Source: Meyerozyma guilliermondii
Lineage: Eukaryota
Assembly: GCA_051546255.1 (NCBI GenBank)
Contig: CP128816.1
Coordinates: 806,001 to 870,000 of the forward strand
DNA length: 64,000 nucleotides
Direction: 5' to 3'
A program made the position numbers and the translations under genes. Shown here piece after piece: positions 1 through 11,203 of the stretch; the stretch's first letter is position 1, and each line of letters begins with the position of its first letter. Under the pieces are notes generated by a model. That model worked only from the letters and a program-made list of their open reading frames with translations, did no database searches and was not told the origin of the DNA.

Positions 1-669
1 TGACAATAATTGCCTAATTTTTGAAATATACAATATATTTCGCATACTGAATCTAAGGAAGAACTTATTTCTCATAATCTATTGTTGGGATAATCAAGGA
101 ACTCACAACGTGCAAAATACAAGATAGTTGAAATATGCTAAATTTATTCAATAACACAAGAACTGTTGAACAAGTTTATTTGGTGCTATTATCATTATAG
201 CTTTACACTTGAACCTGAACCTGAAGAAAGTTGACCAAAACAGTCCTTATTTTCTACCACTAATAAGATGGTTGGAGAGTTTTCAGCTTAGTGCTGAGCT
301 ATCATGAAATGTGTACTGGCTCCAAAACAGTTGAAGAATGACTGATTTGGGTTATTTCTGAATGGAGTGAATGGGTCTTATAATACAAGACTTCAAGCTA
401 GGTTGGCATGAGTTGGTCTGAAGTGGACTTGCTTTAGAATCTTGCAGACAAGTCAAGTTTACCTCAAATTGTTAACGAGTAGATTCGCTGCATATTTGGA
501 AGATTGTTGTCCAATTTTTTTGTGATTTGACTTGATATCCATATCGCTTCAATTCTTGAGGTTTAATAGAATTAGAATGCAGTTTGCATTCCTTCAAGGT
601 TGAAGCACATATGAAAATCAATTATTCAGCCGTATCAGTAGTAAATCAATTACTATCATCCAACATTTC

Positions 670-2577
670 TCAACATACACTCAACTTCCAGCCAAACTCA
701 TCGCAGATATCTGTCCAGTCGATACACACATCGCCGTGCGGATTGCGTTTCCACGCTTCTTGGACAATTTCCCATATTCTGCCCACATTTCCAACTGTAT
801 AAGTTGCCAGAAGCTTGTCGAAAATGGAGCGAACTTGAGCTCTATCGTACTCGTTACAGCAGCACATACCGCAAATCAACAACAGCATAGGAAGAGAAGG
901 CACCAATTTGGAAGACATCAAGCTCTCGATGTAAGCCAACGAGTTCATGAAATGGAGCTGTACTTCGGAAGACAGTGGTTGGGTTTGCTTGATATAAAGC
1001 AAGAGATATATTTGACAGGTGAGTCGATAAAGCTCGAATAATGTCAAGTGCAAATCCACTTCACATTTGTCGTGGCTGATATGGGAGATCTGGCTTTGGT
1101 TGGGAGTACAATAATGGATATCCAGAAGTAGTTTGTTGTAGCGGGCTTCAACTTCGTGGCATTGTCGTATACGTCGCAACGTCAATTGTCGGTGGGCCGA
1201 ATTGTCGAGGTTCAAACCTTTTTTGTTGGCTTCTAGCATTTCCTGGTTGATCTTATCTCGCTCTTCTTTGAGCTCAACGTTGGTGTTCATGATGGACCCC
1301 AATAAGAGGAAAATGGGCTGGATACATCCTTGGTAGGGATCCACGCCATACGACCCCATATCAAAGCAGTTGTTGAAAAGACGGCTGTACTCTTCGATAT
1401 CGCAAGATGTGCCTCTTTTGAGGGTTGCTGACGAAAGTACGTCGTGGAATTGAAAGTTGGAAATCAACCATTTGGAGTCGTTCGAAAAATGGTTTTCTTG
1501 GCAGAATTTGACAATGCCTCCCCGTCGTTTGAGAAGGTTTGTACACTCGTTGAAAAGATAGTACCAGTTGGAAACATCTCCAGAACATATATCGATGCCC
1601 ATCAGAATCAAATAGTAGCAAATAGCTACGTACGTCCCATGGGTATCGAGATCCTCTCGGTTCAAGTAGGTGGATCTTATGAGCTGACGGGCCTTTTCCA
1701 AGTGGAATTTGACGGCTGGGCTGTCGTGACCGTCCAGAAACACTCCTCCCCATGCCGCTAGGGCATGCATAAGCGATTCTTCGGTCAGAGCCGCGGTGAA
1801 AAACGTTTTTAAGAAGTAGTTGCTTGATTCTGGAGACACACTGAGAATCTTGGCCACTTTGTTTTCGTAGAAATTGAGCAAACGAAGACCAGCTTCGTCC
1901 AAGTATAGACTGAAAGTAGAAGACGGCGATGATAGTAACGGCATGTCAAAATCGAGAAAGTCGGACGGGGAAAAGAGCTGGAGAAGGTCCGAGGGTGTCA
2001 GACTGAAGGGGGGAGATTTTGGCGACTGGATCACGATTTTTGTTTCTTCTGATATCAGGACCAATTTTGGGAATATTTCGGTTGGTTTTGAAGCTATTTC
2101 GGTCAGGTTTGGGTTTATTTCAGTTAGTTTTGGGGTTACTTCAGTTAGTTTTGGGGTCGTTCTTGTCTGTTCCACATCATTCAACTTTGGTAGTTCCAGT
2201 ATTTTGGGTGTGGTTTCTTCAGAACTAGGCGACACTGGTTTATATCGCTTCACCACTCCCCACTCGCACAGCTCTCCTCGATGTCTACATGAACCACAAA
2301 TGGGATGGACTTCGTCACACTTCTTTTTCCGCTTCCTACACCCAGCACAGCCGGTTTTGGACCGGTATCGTGACCCTAGAATGATATTATTATGCATCGG
2401 TTTGGAAACCGGTTTTGATTTCGATTTTAAATCGGCGGGTTTTGAAATCCGATTTGAAGTTACCAGGCTTATCGTCGGAGTCAGCATTGGGGAGGTAGCT
2501 ATCATGTGATCTTTGGAGCTTGTTTCATCAGAAATTTGCTGAACGGGGTCTAAAAGAGTGTTCAATGTAAGAAACAT
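670..2577 (-). CDS. Zn(II)2Cys6 transcription factor with C-terminal fungal-specific TF (Fungal_trans_2/DUF3468-like) domain
   Basis: RSKTGCAGCRKRKKKCDEVHPICGSCRHRGELCEW binuclear cluster and a C-terminal ...VWEIVQEAW...DW-type segment (IWEIVQEAW here). The track start at 2769 is non-ATG; in-frame ATGs lie at 2577, 2505 and 2487, so the true start is uncertain. Confidence 0.85.
   Translation of the reverse strand: MFLTLNTLLDPVQQISDETSSKDHMIATSPMLTPTISLVTSNRISKPADLKSKSKPVSKPMHNNIILGSRYRSKTGCAGCRKRKKKCDEVHPICGSCRHRGELCEWGVVKRYKPVSPSSEETTPKILELPKLNDVEQTRTTPKLTEVTPKLTEINPNLTEIASKPTEIFPKLVLISEETKIVIQSPKSPPFSLTPSDLLQLFSPSDFLDFDMPLLSSPSSTFSLYLDEAGLRLLNFYENKVAKILSVSPESSNYFLKTFFTAALTEESLMHALAAWGGVFLDGHDSPAVKFHLEKARQLIRSTYLNREDLDTHGTYVAICYYLILMGIDICSGDVSNWYYLFNECTNLLKRRGGIVKFCQENHFSNDSKWLISNFQFHDVLSSATLKRGTSCDIEEYSRLFNNCFDMGSYGVDPYQGCIQPIFLLLGSIMNTNVELKEERDKINQEMLEANKKGLNLDNSAHRQLTLRRIRQCHEVEARYNKLLLDIHYCTPNQSQISHISHDKCEVDLHLTLFELYRLTCQIYLLLYIKQTQPLSSEVQLHFMNSLAYIESLMSSKLVPSLPMLLLICGMCCCNEYDRAQVRSIFDKLLATYTVGNVGRIWEIVQEAWKRNPHGDVCIDWTDICDEFGWKLSVC
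2060..2215 (-). repeat. Coding 21-bp degenerate tandem repeat (TPKLTEV/I heptad) inside the Zn2Cys6 TF
   Basis: Plus strand ttcagttagttttgggg repeated; protein TPKLTEVTPKLTEINPNLTEIASKPTEIFPKL. Confidence 0.7.
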
Positions 2578-3275
2578 GCAGCATCGGAGTCGCGAAGATA
2601 GATTAAACTTTGTGGTGCACGGGTGTCGCTTACGATTGCCAAGAGAGATGAGAGGAAAGAAGAATTTCAGAAAAACTCGAAAACAATTTAAAAGGTAGAA
2701 ATGCATGAAAATGGCAAACAATACAAAATGGCTGAACGGCTGAATCGAAAAGTCACCTGAAAATTGCAAAAAGCGTACTTTACATTAATGCCAATGTGCT
2801 GGTTTATGCAGGACAGAAACCGGTGAGTTCGTAAATATTTTTCAGTTACTGTAACCCAATTTTTATTAAATCTTCAAAATTGAAATCCGACATCCTACCG
2901 GACTAAAGTTACGAAAGAATGATTACATTTCCACAAAATGGTTTGTTGAAAATATTTTTAGCTGCAAAGATCCAACATTGTTACTAGACCTGGGGTCGTT
3001 GTGTGCAGGATATCCATTTTCTCTTCGAGTAACACTAATTTCTGGAAGAAGAATCAACTTTAAAGACAAGTATTTCAGCTGCATGCTTCGGCAACGTTCT
3101 CCACGCCTGCTATTTATATATTGCAGCAGCACGTCTTAAATCGACCGATCTGCGCCGCACCTTACGCGCCGCTTCCGCCGCTCGCTGCGGCGCACTCTGC
3201 GGAGCACGCACCCATCATTTGGTCGTGCGCCCCGCTTCGGTCATATTTGACCTTGCAACATCTCGTATTAACGCC

Positions 3276-5174
3276 ATGACCGGCAAAGAGAAGAAAAGAG
3301 CTAAATACACGCGGCCGTGTGACGCATGTGCTCTACGTAAGATCCGGTGTGACGGGAAACGACCATGCACCCGATGCACGAATCATAGTATTGCCTGCAC
3401 CGATATCCGACTCCGCAGGAAAACCGGTCCTAAAAAGATTCAAAATAAGACACGACAGCATATTTCCAGCTCTGCCTACCGAGGGGTGACTGCAGCTGCG
3501 GGGCTAGATCCTGATTCTGTGCCCGAGGGCGCGTCGATTCCGATCGTTAACACCAATAGGACCGACACCACATATGGATCGCAAGAACCGGGGTCGACAA
3601 ATCCTTCGAGCGAGTCGGTTCAACCCTCGAATCTCACATCTATAACCACCGGACATTCAATTTCCATCGATAAACTATTGCCGTATCTCCAAGTATATCA
3701 AACCTGGTTCTATGGTGTATGGCCGGTTCTCTCGGTCGCACATTTGGTATCACGAATAGTGTACGATCCGGGAAGGGGACTCGATTTTGAGAGTACATCT
3801 GCATACGGATTGGCATGCGCAGTGGCTGCGGCTATCGCACGTCAAGTAACGTTTCTTACGACAAACTCGCATATAAATCTTCCAAATGAGATCAGTTCGG
3901 AACAATTTGTCGCCGAGGCACTCCGAGCCCGAAAATCTTTTGATTATCGCTTACAAGTGACAAAAGATTCGCTTTTGACGGCTTTTTTCTTGTATGTGTA
4001 TTATGTCAATGTTAAGGGTGGAGTTTCAGCATCGATTTTGTACCTCAGAGAAGCAATTTCTGTGGCTCAAATCCTCGGGTATCATGATACTCTCACATAT
4101 GCAGATAAAACTCCGGCAGAAGTGCATCATTGCCGGAAAATTTATTACATGTTGGTGGTTACAGAAAGATTTATGTGCATAGAGGACAAATTACCGGTAA
4201 TTTTAGATGCGGCAGTTCCTTATCCATCTCTTGGAGACGAAGAATATGCTGGATTGCTCAGTGGCTTCACCGAACTTGTCAAAATATTTGCAATTCCCGA
4301 CCGACGATTCTTCGACAAGTTCATCGAGTTGTCATCAAGATCCGAAGCCACCGGTGGAGCCGGTCTGTTTGATACTCGGTCGCAATCGGTGCTTCGGCGA
4401 TGGATAGAAAATGTCCAGACACAATTAGAGAAAATTGAAATTGCGTCGTCAATTCCAGACTCGTCCAAGTTGAATCTTCTGCTTTCTCAGCATTGGATGA
4501 GGTCTTTAGCGTGGCATATCTCTCGAAACAATGGACTTTTGCTCAAAATCGGCAATTCCAACGACTATTTGAGTCCTCTTTTTCCAGTGAAAATTGCCCA
4601 TGATTTCTTGGCCCAGTCCGAAGATCTTCCTATCGTTGCCTATGAGTCCAACGGACCTGGAGTTTCCATTAAGTTGTTGGAAATTGGCACTGCTCTCGCC
4701 GATGCCATTGCAGAAGCTCTGGTGTACCGTTTCGACACTAACCAAGCTTATGGGGCACTTGACCGAATATTCAAATTTATTAGTTTTTTGAAAAACGACC
4801 TCACCATGCCCAAAGCCGAGTACGAGCGGTTGTACCAGCTTCTTTGTAACCGGTCCATGGTGGTGACCAGCGGAGCCTTCATCACCGAAGTCAGTGAAGA
4901 CGACGACTCGTCTCGTGGCGACGCTGTAGAACGGCGTATTAGCGAGGTGCTCAACGGAAATGGAATCCAGCCTAATGGAATGGAATCCAATGAAATCCAA
5001 ACTAATGGAGTCGAACCCGGGATCCAATCCAATGGCATGGAAGGGTTTGATTCCAATTGCCCTTCGCCTTTTACTCAAATGACGCTTGCGTTTTCAATTC
5101 CTGTCGAACCCATGCATACTTCTCATGAATCCAGTCCTTCGCTTCCCAACTTTGAAACTGATGTTTTTATGTGA
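3276..5174 (+). CDS. Zn(II)2Cys6 maltose/alpha-glucoside pathway activator (MAL13/MAL63/Suc1 family)
   Basis: RPCDACALRKIRCDGKRPCTRCTNHSIACT...RRKTGPK, YGVWPVLS, LREAIS, RKIYYMLVVTER, ESNGPG..KLLEI motifs typical of MAL activators; adjacent to permeases and maltase. First ATG at 3276. Confidence 0.9.
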   Translation: MTGKEKKRAKYTRPCDACALRKIRCDGKRPCTRCTNHSIACTDIRLRRKTGPKKIQNKTRQHISSSAYRGVTAAAGLDPDSVPEGASIPIVNTNRTDTTYGSQEPGSTNPSSESVQPSNLTSITTGHSISIDKLLPYLQVYQTWFYGVWPVLSVAHLVSRIVYDPGRGLDFESTSAYGLACAVAAAIARQVTFLTTNSHINLPNEISSEQFVAEALRARKSFDYRLQVTKDSLLTAFFLYVYYVNVKGGVSASILYLREAISVAQILGYHDTLTYADKTPAEVHHCRKIYYMLVVTERFMCIEDKLPVILDAAVPYPSLGDEEYAGLLSGFTELVKIFAIPDRRFFDKFIELSSRSEATGGAGLFDTRSQSVLRRWIENVQTQLEKIEIASSIPDSSKLNLLLSQHWMRSLAWHISRNNGLLLKIGNSNDYLSPLFPVKIAHDFLAQSEDLPIVAYESNGPGVSIKLLEIGTALADAIAEALVYRFDTNQAYGALDRIFKFISFLKNDLTMPKAEYERLYQLLCNRSMVVTSGAFITEVSEDDDSSRGDAVERRISEVLNGNGIQPNGMESNEIQTNGVEPGIQSNGMEGFDSNCPSPFTQMTLAFSIPVEPMHTSHESSPSLPNFETDVFM

Positions 5175-6111
5175 TGTTTGTAAATAGAGAATAATGAACA
5201 GTATCATGATCAGCCCAATCGATTCGAAACTCTTTAACTGTGTTTAGTAGTTTGAATGTTAAATGTGGTTTGCAATTTTCAAATATTTTCATAGTCGTGT
5301 CCGTATTAAAGTACTTTATTAGTTCTTAGGATATGCTTTAAGCATTTTACTCATTTCTTTATATATTTTCCCTCTTTTGAATAGAGGAACATTCTGTTGG
5401 TTCTCAATTTCTAATTTGATGTTTCGCAATCATTTTATCGCGAAAAATTGAGTGCGCACCCAATTATTTTGCAGCCAATGTCGCAATTTGCGATCTGGGG
5501 CAATGAATTGCGAAAATAATTGAGAGAATTGAACCGATGTGCCAAGATAGTTTTGGTTTTCCTATAAATTCTATGTGAGACCCACCCTCAGCTGAAGCCT
5601 TTTCATCGTTAGAATATTCTAGGAAAGTTTCAGCAAAATATTGAGATTATTCCGACAGAGATAAACAACAATGATACAAAGGTGGCCCTTCGATTTTCTT
5701 GGAATAGAGCAATCATTTTCACTTATAGTTGAAGGATACGGCAGTGACTATTGCTATGGATGGAAGCACATAAAATCAGTTTGGTTTGGATTTCGTTTCT
5801 TTTTGAAAGCTGTTAGTAACTGGCATCAAGCTTACAAATACGTATTTGCTCGGGACTTATATTCGGCAGTCTTTCGGTGGTTTATTGGGTTATTGCTGTG
5901 TTTGAGCTCTGACACAATCAGCTCCTTCGTTACCATTTCACTCTCAAGAATCTGAGTTACTTTTATTCTGTCGGTTTTGCAACCACTGTTTGGAAATACT
6001 AATTGTCCCTGAACTGTGAATTCAAGATTCCTTTAGTATAACCAGGGGACTCATCACAAGGTTAGTTCTTACTAGACTTTGACGAGGACTTCTCGCTGCG
6101 AGATTTCGATT

Positions 6112-6161
6112 ACATTTCAAACCGTTTTTGACATTTCAAACCGTTTTTGACATTCCAAACC
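6112..6161. repeat. 19-bp tandem repeat, about 2.6 copies (acatttcaaaccgtttttg)
   Basis: Read directly at 6112-6130, 6131-6149 and partially 6150-6161. Confidence 0.8.
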
Positions 6162-6301
6162 TTGTTCCAGAACGAGCTATGGAGCTTATCAGATTATCAG
6201 CTAAACAACCAGAGCTTCAAAGATTTTTAGTCTGGAATCAAAATTGTTTTCATGAACGGTTGCAATTACTGAACGCTTTCGCTTCTTTATTACATTACTA
6301 T

Positions 6302-8041
6302 TCAAACCTTCTCGGTACGATCTGCCTGATTCTCATTATGTTGGACGGCAGCCTTGATACCTTCTTCTCCAAGAGCCTCCATCATTGTTCCAACATTAAA
6401 GGTTTCCACCTCGGTGGTCTTGAACTTCCGAGCCTTGGTCTTTTGGTCAAACAAGGCATCCAAATCAGCAAACGTTTTACCCTTGGTTTCAGGCAACTCA
6501 AAGTATACCCAGATGGCCGAAACCACCGCAAAACCAGCCCAGAAAAATCCAGTCTTGGCTTTCCAATTCCACGACTCAGGGTTCAACATATGTGGAGTAA
6601 TAACGGCAATGACAATACCAGCGATGTTGTATGCGTTTCTAGCAATGACAACGGTCTTTGTTCTCAATCTTACCGAAGGAATTTCAGCTACAATACAGTA
6701 GCAAAGCGGACCAACAGTGAAATCGTAAACGAATGTGAACACCCAAAGTAATGCTCCGATTCCCCACGAAGCATTTTTGTCACTGGAACATCCAAGACCT
6801 CCCACAACTAACAATATCACAATCTGGATACACAAGCCAGAGAAATAGATGTTGAATCTTCCCGTCCACCTAGACAAGAACCACGAGCCAAATGTTCCAA
6901 TAATTCCAAAAATGTACTGGATGATTGAGAACGTAAACGCCATACTTGTTGCAAGACCTGCTTGCTGGTAGAAATACGTCGAATAACCCATCAAGGCGGA
7001 CCCAGTAATGTTTTGAACAACCCACACTCCGGCAGCAATTCTTGTTCTTCTCCAATCAGAGCCCTTGAAACAATCCCAGTATGAAGCGCTGGCACTGATG
7101 GCGTATTCTTTTTCGATTGTCAATTGCATTTTGTTCACCATGGCATTAGCCAAAACTTCGGTGTCGGGGAGATGTTCGTTAGCACTTATGAGTCTTTTGA
7201 GCGACCGTTTGGCCTGGTCAAGACGGCCCTTTTTAACACACCACCACGGAGATTCGGGAGCCAAGAAGATTCCAACCATAATTGGAAGCGGCCAGATCCA
7301 TTGGATAGCAAACGGAATTCGGTACGAGTCGTGGGCCGTGGAATCGACAAAGGCTCTTAAAACTCCAGAAGAAATCAATTGACCGAAAACCCAACACACA
7401 TTAACATAAGTGGTCAAATACACACGAAGCACTAAAGGACAAACTTCTGAAGCATATGTCACCGTTAGTGTTTGGAACGCTCCCCAAGGAAGACCCAACA
7501 ACAATTCTCCAGCAACCAACATACCAATGTCCTTGGCAAAAAACACAATGAAGATAAACGCAGTGGTTAAAACCAACGACCCAATTAACGTCCATCTGTA
7601 ACCAATTTTATCGGCAATAATACCGGCTGCAAATAACCCGATAATCTCACCAACATTCAGACACATACTCAAAGTGGTCTGCCATTTGGCATCGATCAGA
7701 TAAGCGTCTAATTTTTCAACGTACTCTCCGTATTTTTCATTGAAAGATGGGAACGCATAAAATGAGTTGATAAGATTGGTGTCGTAACCTTCCATAACCA
7801 ACGCTGTTGACAACACAATCGACCAGGCGGCAGCTTTGGGAAATGTCTTGATTCCCTCCGACAACGGCATCGTTTTCTCCTTGGTTTCGTTTTCTTTGGC
7901 ATCGTTGGACATATCCAAGAACTTGGCCAAGTAGTCGTTCATCTCCACCTGGAGAGAATCGTCGGTGTTCTTCCGAACGATATCCTCATCGATATTAACT
8001 TTTTTCTCTGGCTCATTAACATTCTCAACAAACAGAGTCAT
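6302..8041 (-). CDS. Maltose/alpha-glucoside:H+ symporter (MAL11/MAL31 family sugar porter), copy 1
   Basis: 579 aa; MEGYDT, YASEVCPLVLRVYLTTYVNVCW, PESPWW, RRTRIA, AEIPSVRLRTKTVVIARNAYN, LPETKGKTF. Confidence 0.95.
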   Translation of the reverse strand: MTLFVENVNEPEKKVNIDEDIVRKNTDDSLQVEMNDYLAKFLDMSNDAKENETKEKTMPLSEGIKTFPKAAAWSIVLSTALVMEGYDTNLINSFYAFPSFNEKYGEYVEKLDAYLIDAKWQTTLSMCLNVGEIIGLFAAGIIADKIGYRWTLIGSLVLTTAFIFIVFFAKDIGMLVAGELLLGLPWGAFQTLTVTYASEVCPLVLRVYLTTYVNVCWVFGQLISSGVLRAFVDSTAHDSYRIPFAIQWIWPLPIMVGIFLAPESPWWCVKKGRLDQAKRSLKRLISANEHLPDTEVLANAMVNKMQLTIEKEYAISASASYWDCFKGSDWRRTRIAAGVWVVQNITGSALMGYSTYFYQQAGLATSMAFTFSIIQYIFGIIGTFGSWFLSRWTGRFNIYFSGLCIQIVILLVVGGLGCSSDKNASWGIGALLWVFTFVYDFTVGPLCYCIVAEIPSVRLRTKTVVIARNAYNIAGIVIAVITPHMLNPESWNWKAKTGFFWAGFAVVSAIWVYFELPETKGKTFADLDALFDQKTKARKFKTTEVETFNVGTMMEALGEEGIKAAVQHNENQADRTEKV

Positions 8042-8110
8042 TGTGCCGTGGATTGTATTCCACGACTTTTTGGTGCCTTTTTATCTTTGCGCATACTCGG
8101 AAGCAATATT

Positions 8111-8120
8111 TTTGTGGGGT
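8111..8120. promoter_or_regulatory. Mig1/CreA-type glucose-repression site (TTTGTGGGGT) upstream of permease 1
   Basis: AT-rich flank plus GTGGGG; identical 10-mer at 11194-11203 and 14221-14230. Confidence 0.6.
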
Positions 8121-9341
8121 GCGTTTCCCCGACCTGCGAGGCAGCTTGGCAATTTGCGAGATTCCCTGAAACACGCGAACGGCGGAAAAATATTTCTGGG
8201 CGCACGGCGATCGTAAAACCTTCGGTGAAGTTGGGGTTTGTTGGCGTGGGGTAGTATAGTGGACTGTCTTGGCGAGATCGTCCAATACCGCTTTTTCAAA
8301 TTTAAAATTCAATTTCGGTCTCGGCATCCGACTTCGGAAAAAAACATTCGGAAAAGTTCCAAAATGCGCAATCATGCCTTGCATGAGCGGAGAGCGTCCG
8401 CGCTTGGGTAATACGAGTGCAGCATGCGAGTCCATCAAAACCGAGTTTAGTTGCAAAACCAACATCATTTTGAGTATAAGGTTTACCTTTGAATGCCTGT
8501 ATGCCAAGGATGACGTGAAATTGCCAGACCCCGTAATGGTGATCAGGTATGGAAAATTGGTCATTCCTGATTACAGAGGTGCGGCCCGTCGTGTATGCAT
8601 GCCTTGCGCATGGCTGTCAGACGCTTTGGGCTTGGCAACGAAACGTCATTTTTGAGTTATCACCCCACTCCAGGCGTTATTTGCAGCCATGGTGGGTGAC
8701 TGGGTGGCTTAAGTGGTAAAAACATTTAGCCGCAGATGTTTTCGTGGCGGAATTTTTCCGCCCCGATTTCTAGAATCAACTGCACAATGTGCTAAAAGAG
8801 CAATTTTGGGTCAGATATGCAAGCTGCTATTTGGGCTCGTAGCTGGGTTCTGGTACCTTTCTGATTTTACAGTGGGTTTCTGAGCTTAATCTGTAGATGA
8901 CCTTCTCGTTATGAGCCCTCCCGCGGAACTGCAATTTACGACGCACCCCACATTTCGCAATTTATTGTTCCGCGATCTTATCGAGATGCAAATCTGGAAA
9001 CAATCTCGACAAGCAGAGTACTCCGCACGAGCGGAAGTGGCTGATCGGGTAGATTGGCTTCACTACCAAAATATTTGCGACGGAAAAAGTTGAAGAGTCT
9101 TGGCATAATTACGAAGCTGGCTATTTCAGCCAAAAATTTCACTTTGGATACATCTTCTTGGCGGCTTCCAGGCACTTTCAAACATTTAGCTTTAAAACTG
9201 TTCGCGACTCAACTTCAAGTATTGAAGAGGTTTTTCCCTCAGCTACTATTTCATTTTATTGCGGCTGCAAATCATCGGTGCAATAGTTGCAAATCATTAC
9301 ATTCCTATCCTATTACTGCTAAGCATCAAGCTCAAACATAA

Positions 9342-11099
9342 CTAAACCTTCTCATGGTGAGTGGTGGTGGCATTGCTGTCCACCAACACCTCGTGGTGTT
9401 GAACGGCTGCCTTAATACCTTCGTCTCCAAGTGCCTCCATCATAGTTCCAACATTGAAAGTTTCCATTTCGGTGGACTTGAACTTACGAGCACCAATCTT
9501 GTGCTCGAACAAAGCGTCCAAATCAGCAAAAGTCTTACCCTTAGTTTCAGGTAACTCGAACCAACACCATACAGCCGAACATAAAGCAAACCCAGCCCAG
9601 AAGAATCCAGTCTTGGCCTTCCAGTTCCACGACTCGGGGTTCAACATGTGAGGAGTGATCACAGCCACGATAATACCAGCAATGTTGTATGCGTTTCTAG
9701 CAATAATGACGGTTTTAGTTCTCAATCTCACCGATGGAATTTCCGCAACAATACAGTAACAAAGAGGACCCACACCCAAATCATAGACAAACGTGAGGAC
9801 CCACAACATGACACCCACTCCCCAAGATGCTGATGATGAGCTGGAACATCCAAGACCACCCACAATAAGCAAAATCACACATTGGGTGCACAAACCGTAA
9901 AAGTAAATGGTAAATCTGCCAAAGGCACGAGCCAAGAACCACGAGCCAAAAGTTCCAATGACTCCAAAAACAGACTGGATGATGGTAAATGTGAACGCCA
10001 TGTTGGTTGCAAGACCTGCTTGCGTGTAAAAGTACGTCGAGTAACCCATCAATGCTGAACCGGTGATATTTTGAATCACCCAAGTGAGAGCAGCAACTCT
10101 TGTTCTGCGGAAATCCCTTCCTCTGAAGCATTCAATATAGGAAGCACTGGCACTGATTGCAAATTCTTTCTCGACGGTCAATTGCATTTTGTTCACCATG
10201 GCCTCGGCCAAGATATCTGTGTCTGGAAGATGTTCGTTGGCACTGATAAGTCTGCGAAGAGAGTGCTTGGCCTGGTCAAGACGGCCCTTTTTGACAAGCC
10301 ACCATGGAGATTCTGGAGCCAAAAAGATACCAATCATGATCGGAACGGGCCAAATCCACTGGATAGCAAATGGAATCCGGTAAGAATCGTTAGCAGTGGA
10401 ATCGACATAAGACTTCAACACTCCAGCAGAAATCAATTGACCGAAAACCCAACACACATTGACATAAGTTGTCAAATACACACGAAGAACCAAGGGACAA
10501 ACCTCACAAGCGTACGAAACCGTCAAGGTTTGAAATACACCCCACGGAAGACCCAATAATAACTCTCCAGCGACCAACATTCCGATACTCAGGGCAAAGA
10601 AAACAATGAAAATCAACCCAATAACCAACAACAAAGACCCAATTAATGTCCATCTGTAACCAATCCGGTCGGCAACTATACCGGCTGCAAATAATCCAAT
10701 GATCTCTCCCACATTGGCACACATACTCAAGGTGGTTTGCCATTTGGTGTCAAGCTGGTAACTGTCGGAACCGGCATCGTAATGGCCATACTTTTTATTA
10801 AAGGAAGGAAATGCGTAGAAAGACGCAATAAGATTGAGATCGTAACCTTCCATAATCAAAGCCGACGATAAAACAATCGACCAAGCGGCAGCTTTGGGAA
10901 ACGTTTTGAGCCCCTCGCCCAAAGGCATCGTCTTCTCTTTATTTTCATTTTCCTTGGCTTCATTGGACATGTCCAAGAATTTTGCCAAGTAATCGTTCAT
11001 CTCCACCTGGAGCGAGTCCTCGGTGTCCTTGCGAGTCACCTCTTCCTCGATTCCGATAGCTTTGTCTTTCTTGTTAACATCTTCGACGTACCTAGACAT
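9342..11099 (-). CDS. Maltose/alpha-glucoside:H+ symporter, copy 2
   Basis: 585 aa; same motifs, colinear with copy 1. Confidence 0.95.
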   Translation of the reverse strand: MSRYVEDVNKKDKAIGIEEEVTRKDTEDSLQVEMNDYLAKFLDMSNEAKENENKEKTMPLGEGLKTFPKAAAWSIVLSSALIMEGYDLNLIASFYAFPSFNKKYGHYDAGSDSYQLDTKWQTTLSMCANVGEIIGLFAAGIVADRIGYRWTLIGSLLLVIGLIFIVFFALSIGMLVAGELLLGLPWGVFQTLTVSYACEVCPLVLRVYLTTYVNVCWVFGQLISAGVLKSYVDSTANDSYRIPFAIQWIWPVPIMIGIFLAPESPWWLVKKGRLDQAKHSLRRLISANEHLPDTDILAEAMVNKMQLTVEKEFAISASASYIECFRGRDFRRTRVAALTWVIQNITGSALMGYSTYFYTQAGLATNMAFTFTIIQSVFGVIGTFGSWFLARAFGRFTIYFYGLCTQCVILLIVGGLGCSSSSSASWGVGVMLWVLTFVYDLGVGPLCYCIVAEIPSVRLRTKTVIIARNAYNIAGIIVAVITPHMLNPESWNWKAKTGFFWAGFALCSAVWCWFELPETKGKTFADLDALFEHKIGARKFKSTEMETFNVGTMMEALGDEGIKAAVQHHEVLVDSNATTTHHEKV

Positions 11100-11193
11100 G
11101 ACTGAAGATACTACAACATGAAGAAAGTCTGGAGCTATTTATGTTTCCCATGAATCCTTGCCAGTCGTATACCGTTTACCATGCGTGAGGCTG

Positions 11194-11203
11194 TTTGTGG
11201 GGT
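11194..11203. promoter_or_regulatory. Mig1-type site (TTTGTGGGGT) upstream of permease 2
   Basis: Same 10-mer, about 95 bp upstream of the ATG. Confidence 0.55.

Noticed and set aside
5671..5955. 94-aa ATG ORF in the spacer between activator and permease 1
   Set aside because: No recognisable motif or codon bias; length is compatible with chance
8025..9341. Several 60-180 aa ORFs between permeases 1 and 2 (and likewise at 11158-12403)
   Set aside because: Overlapping on both strands with no domain signal; the region reads as promoter DNA
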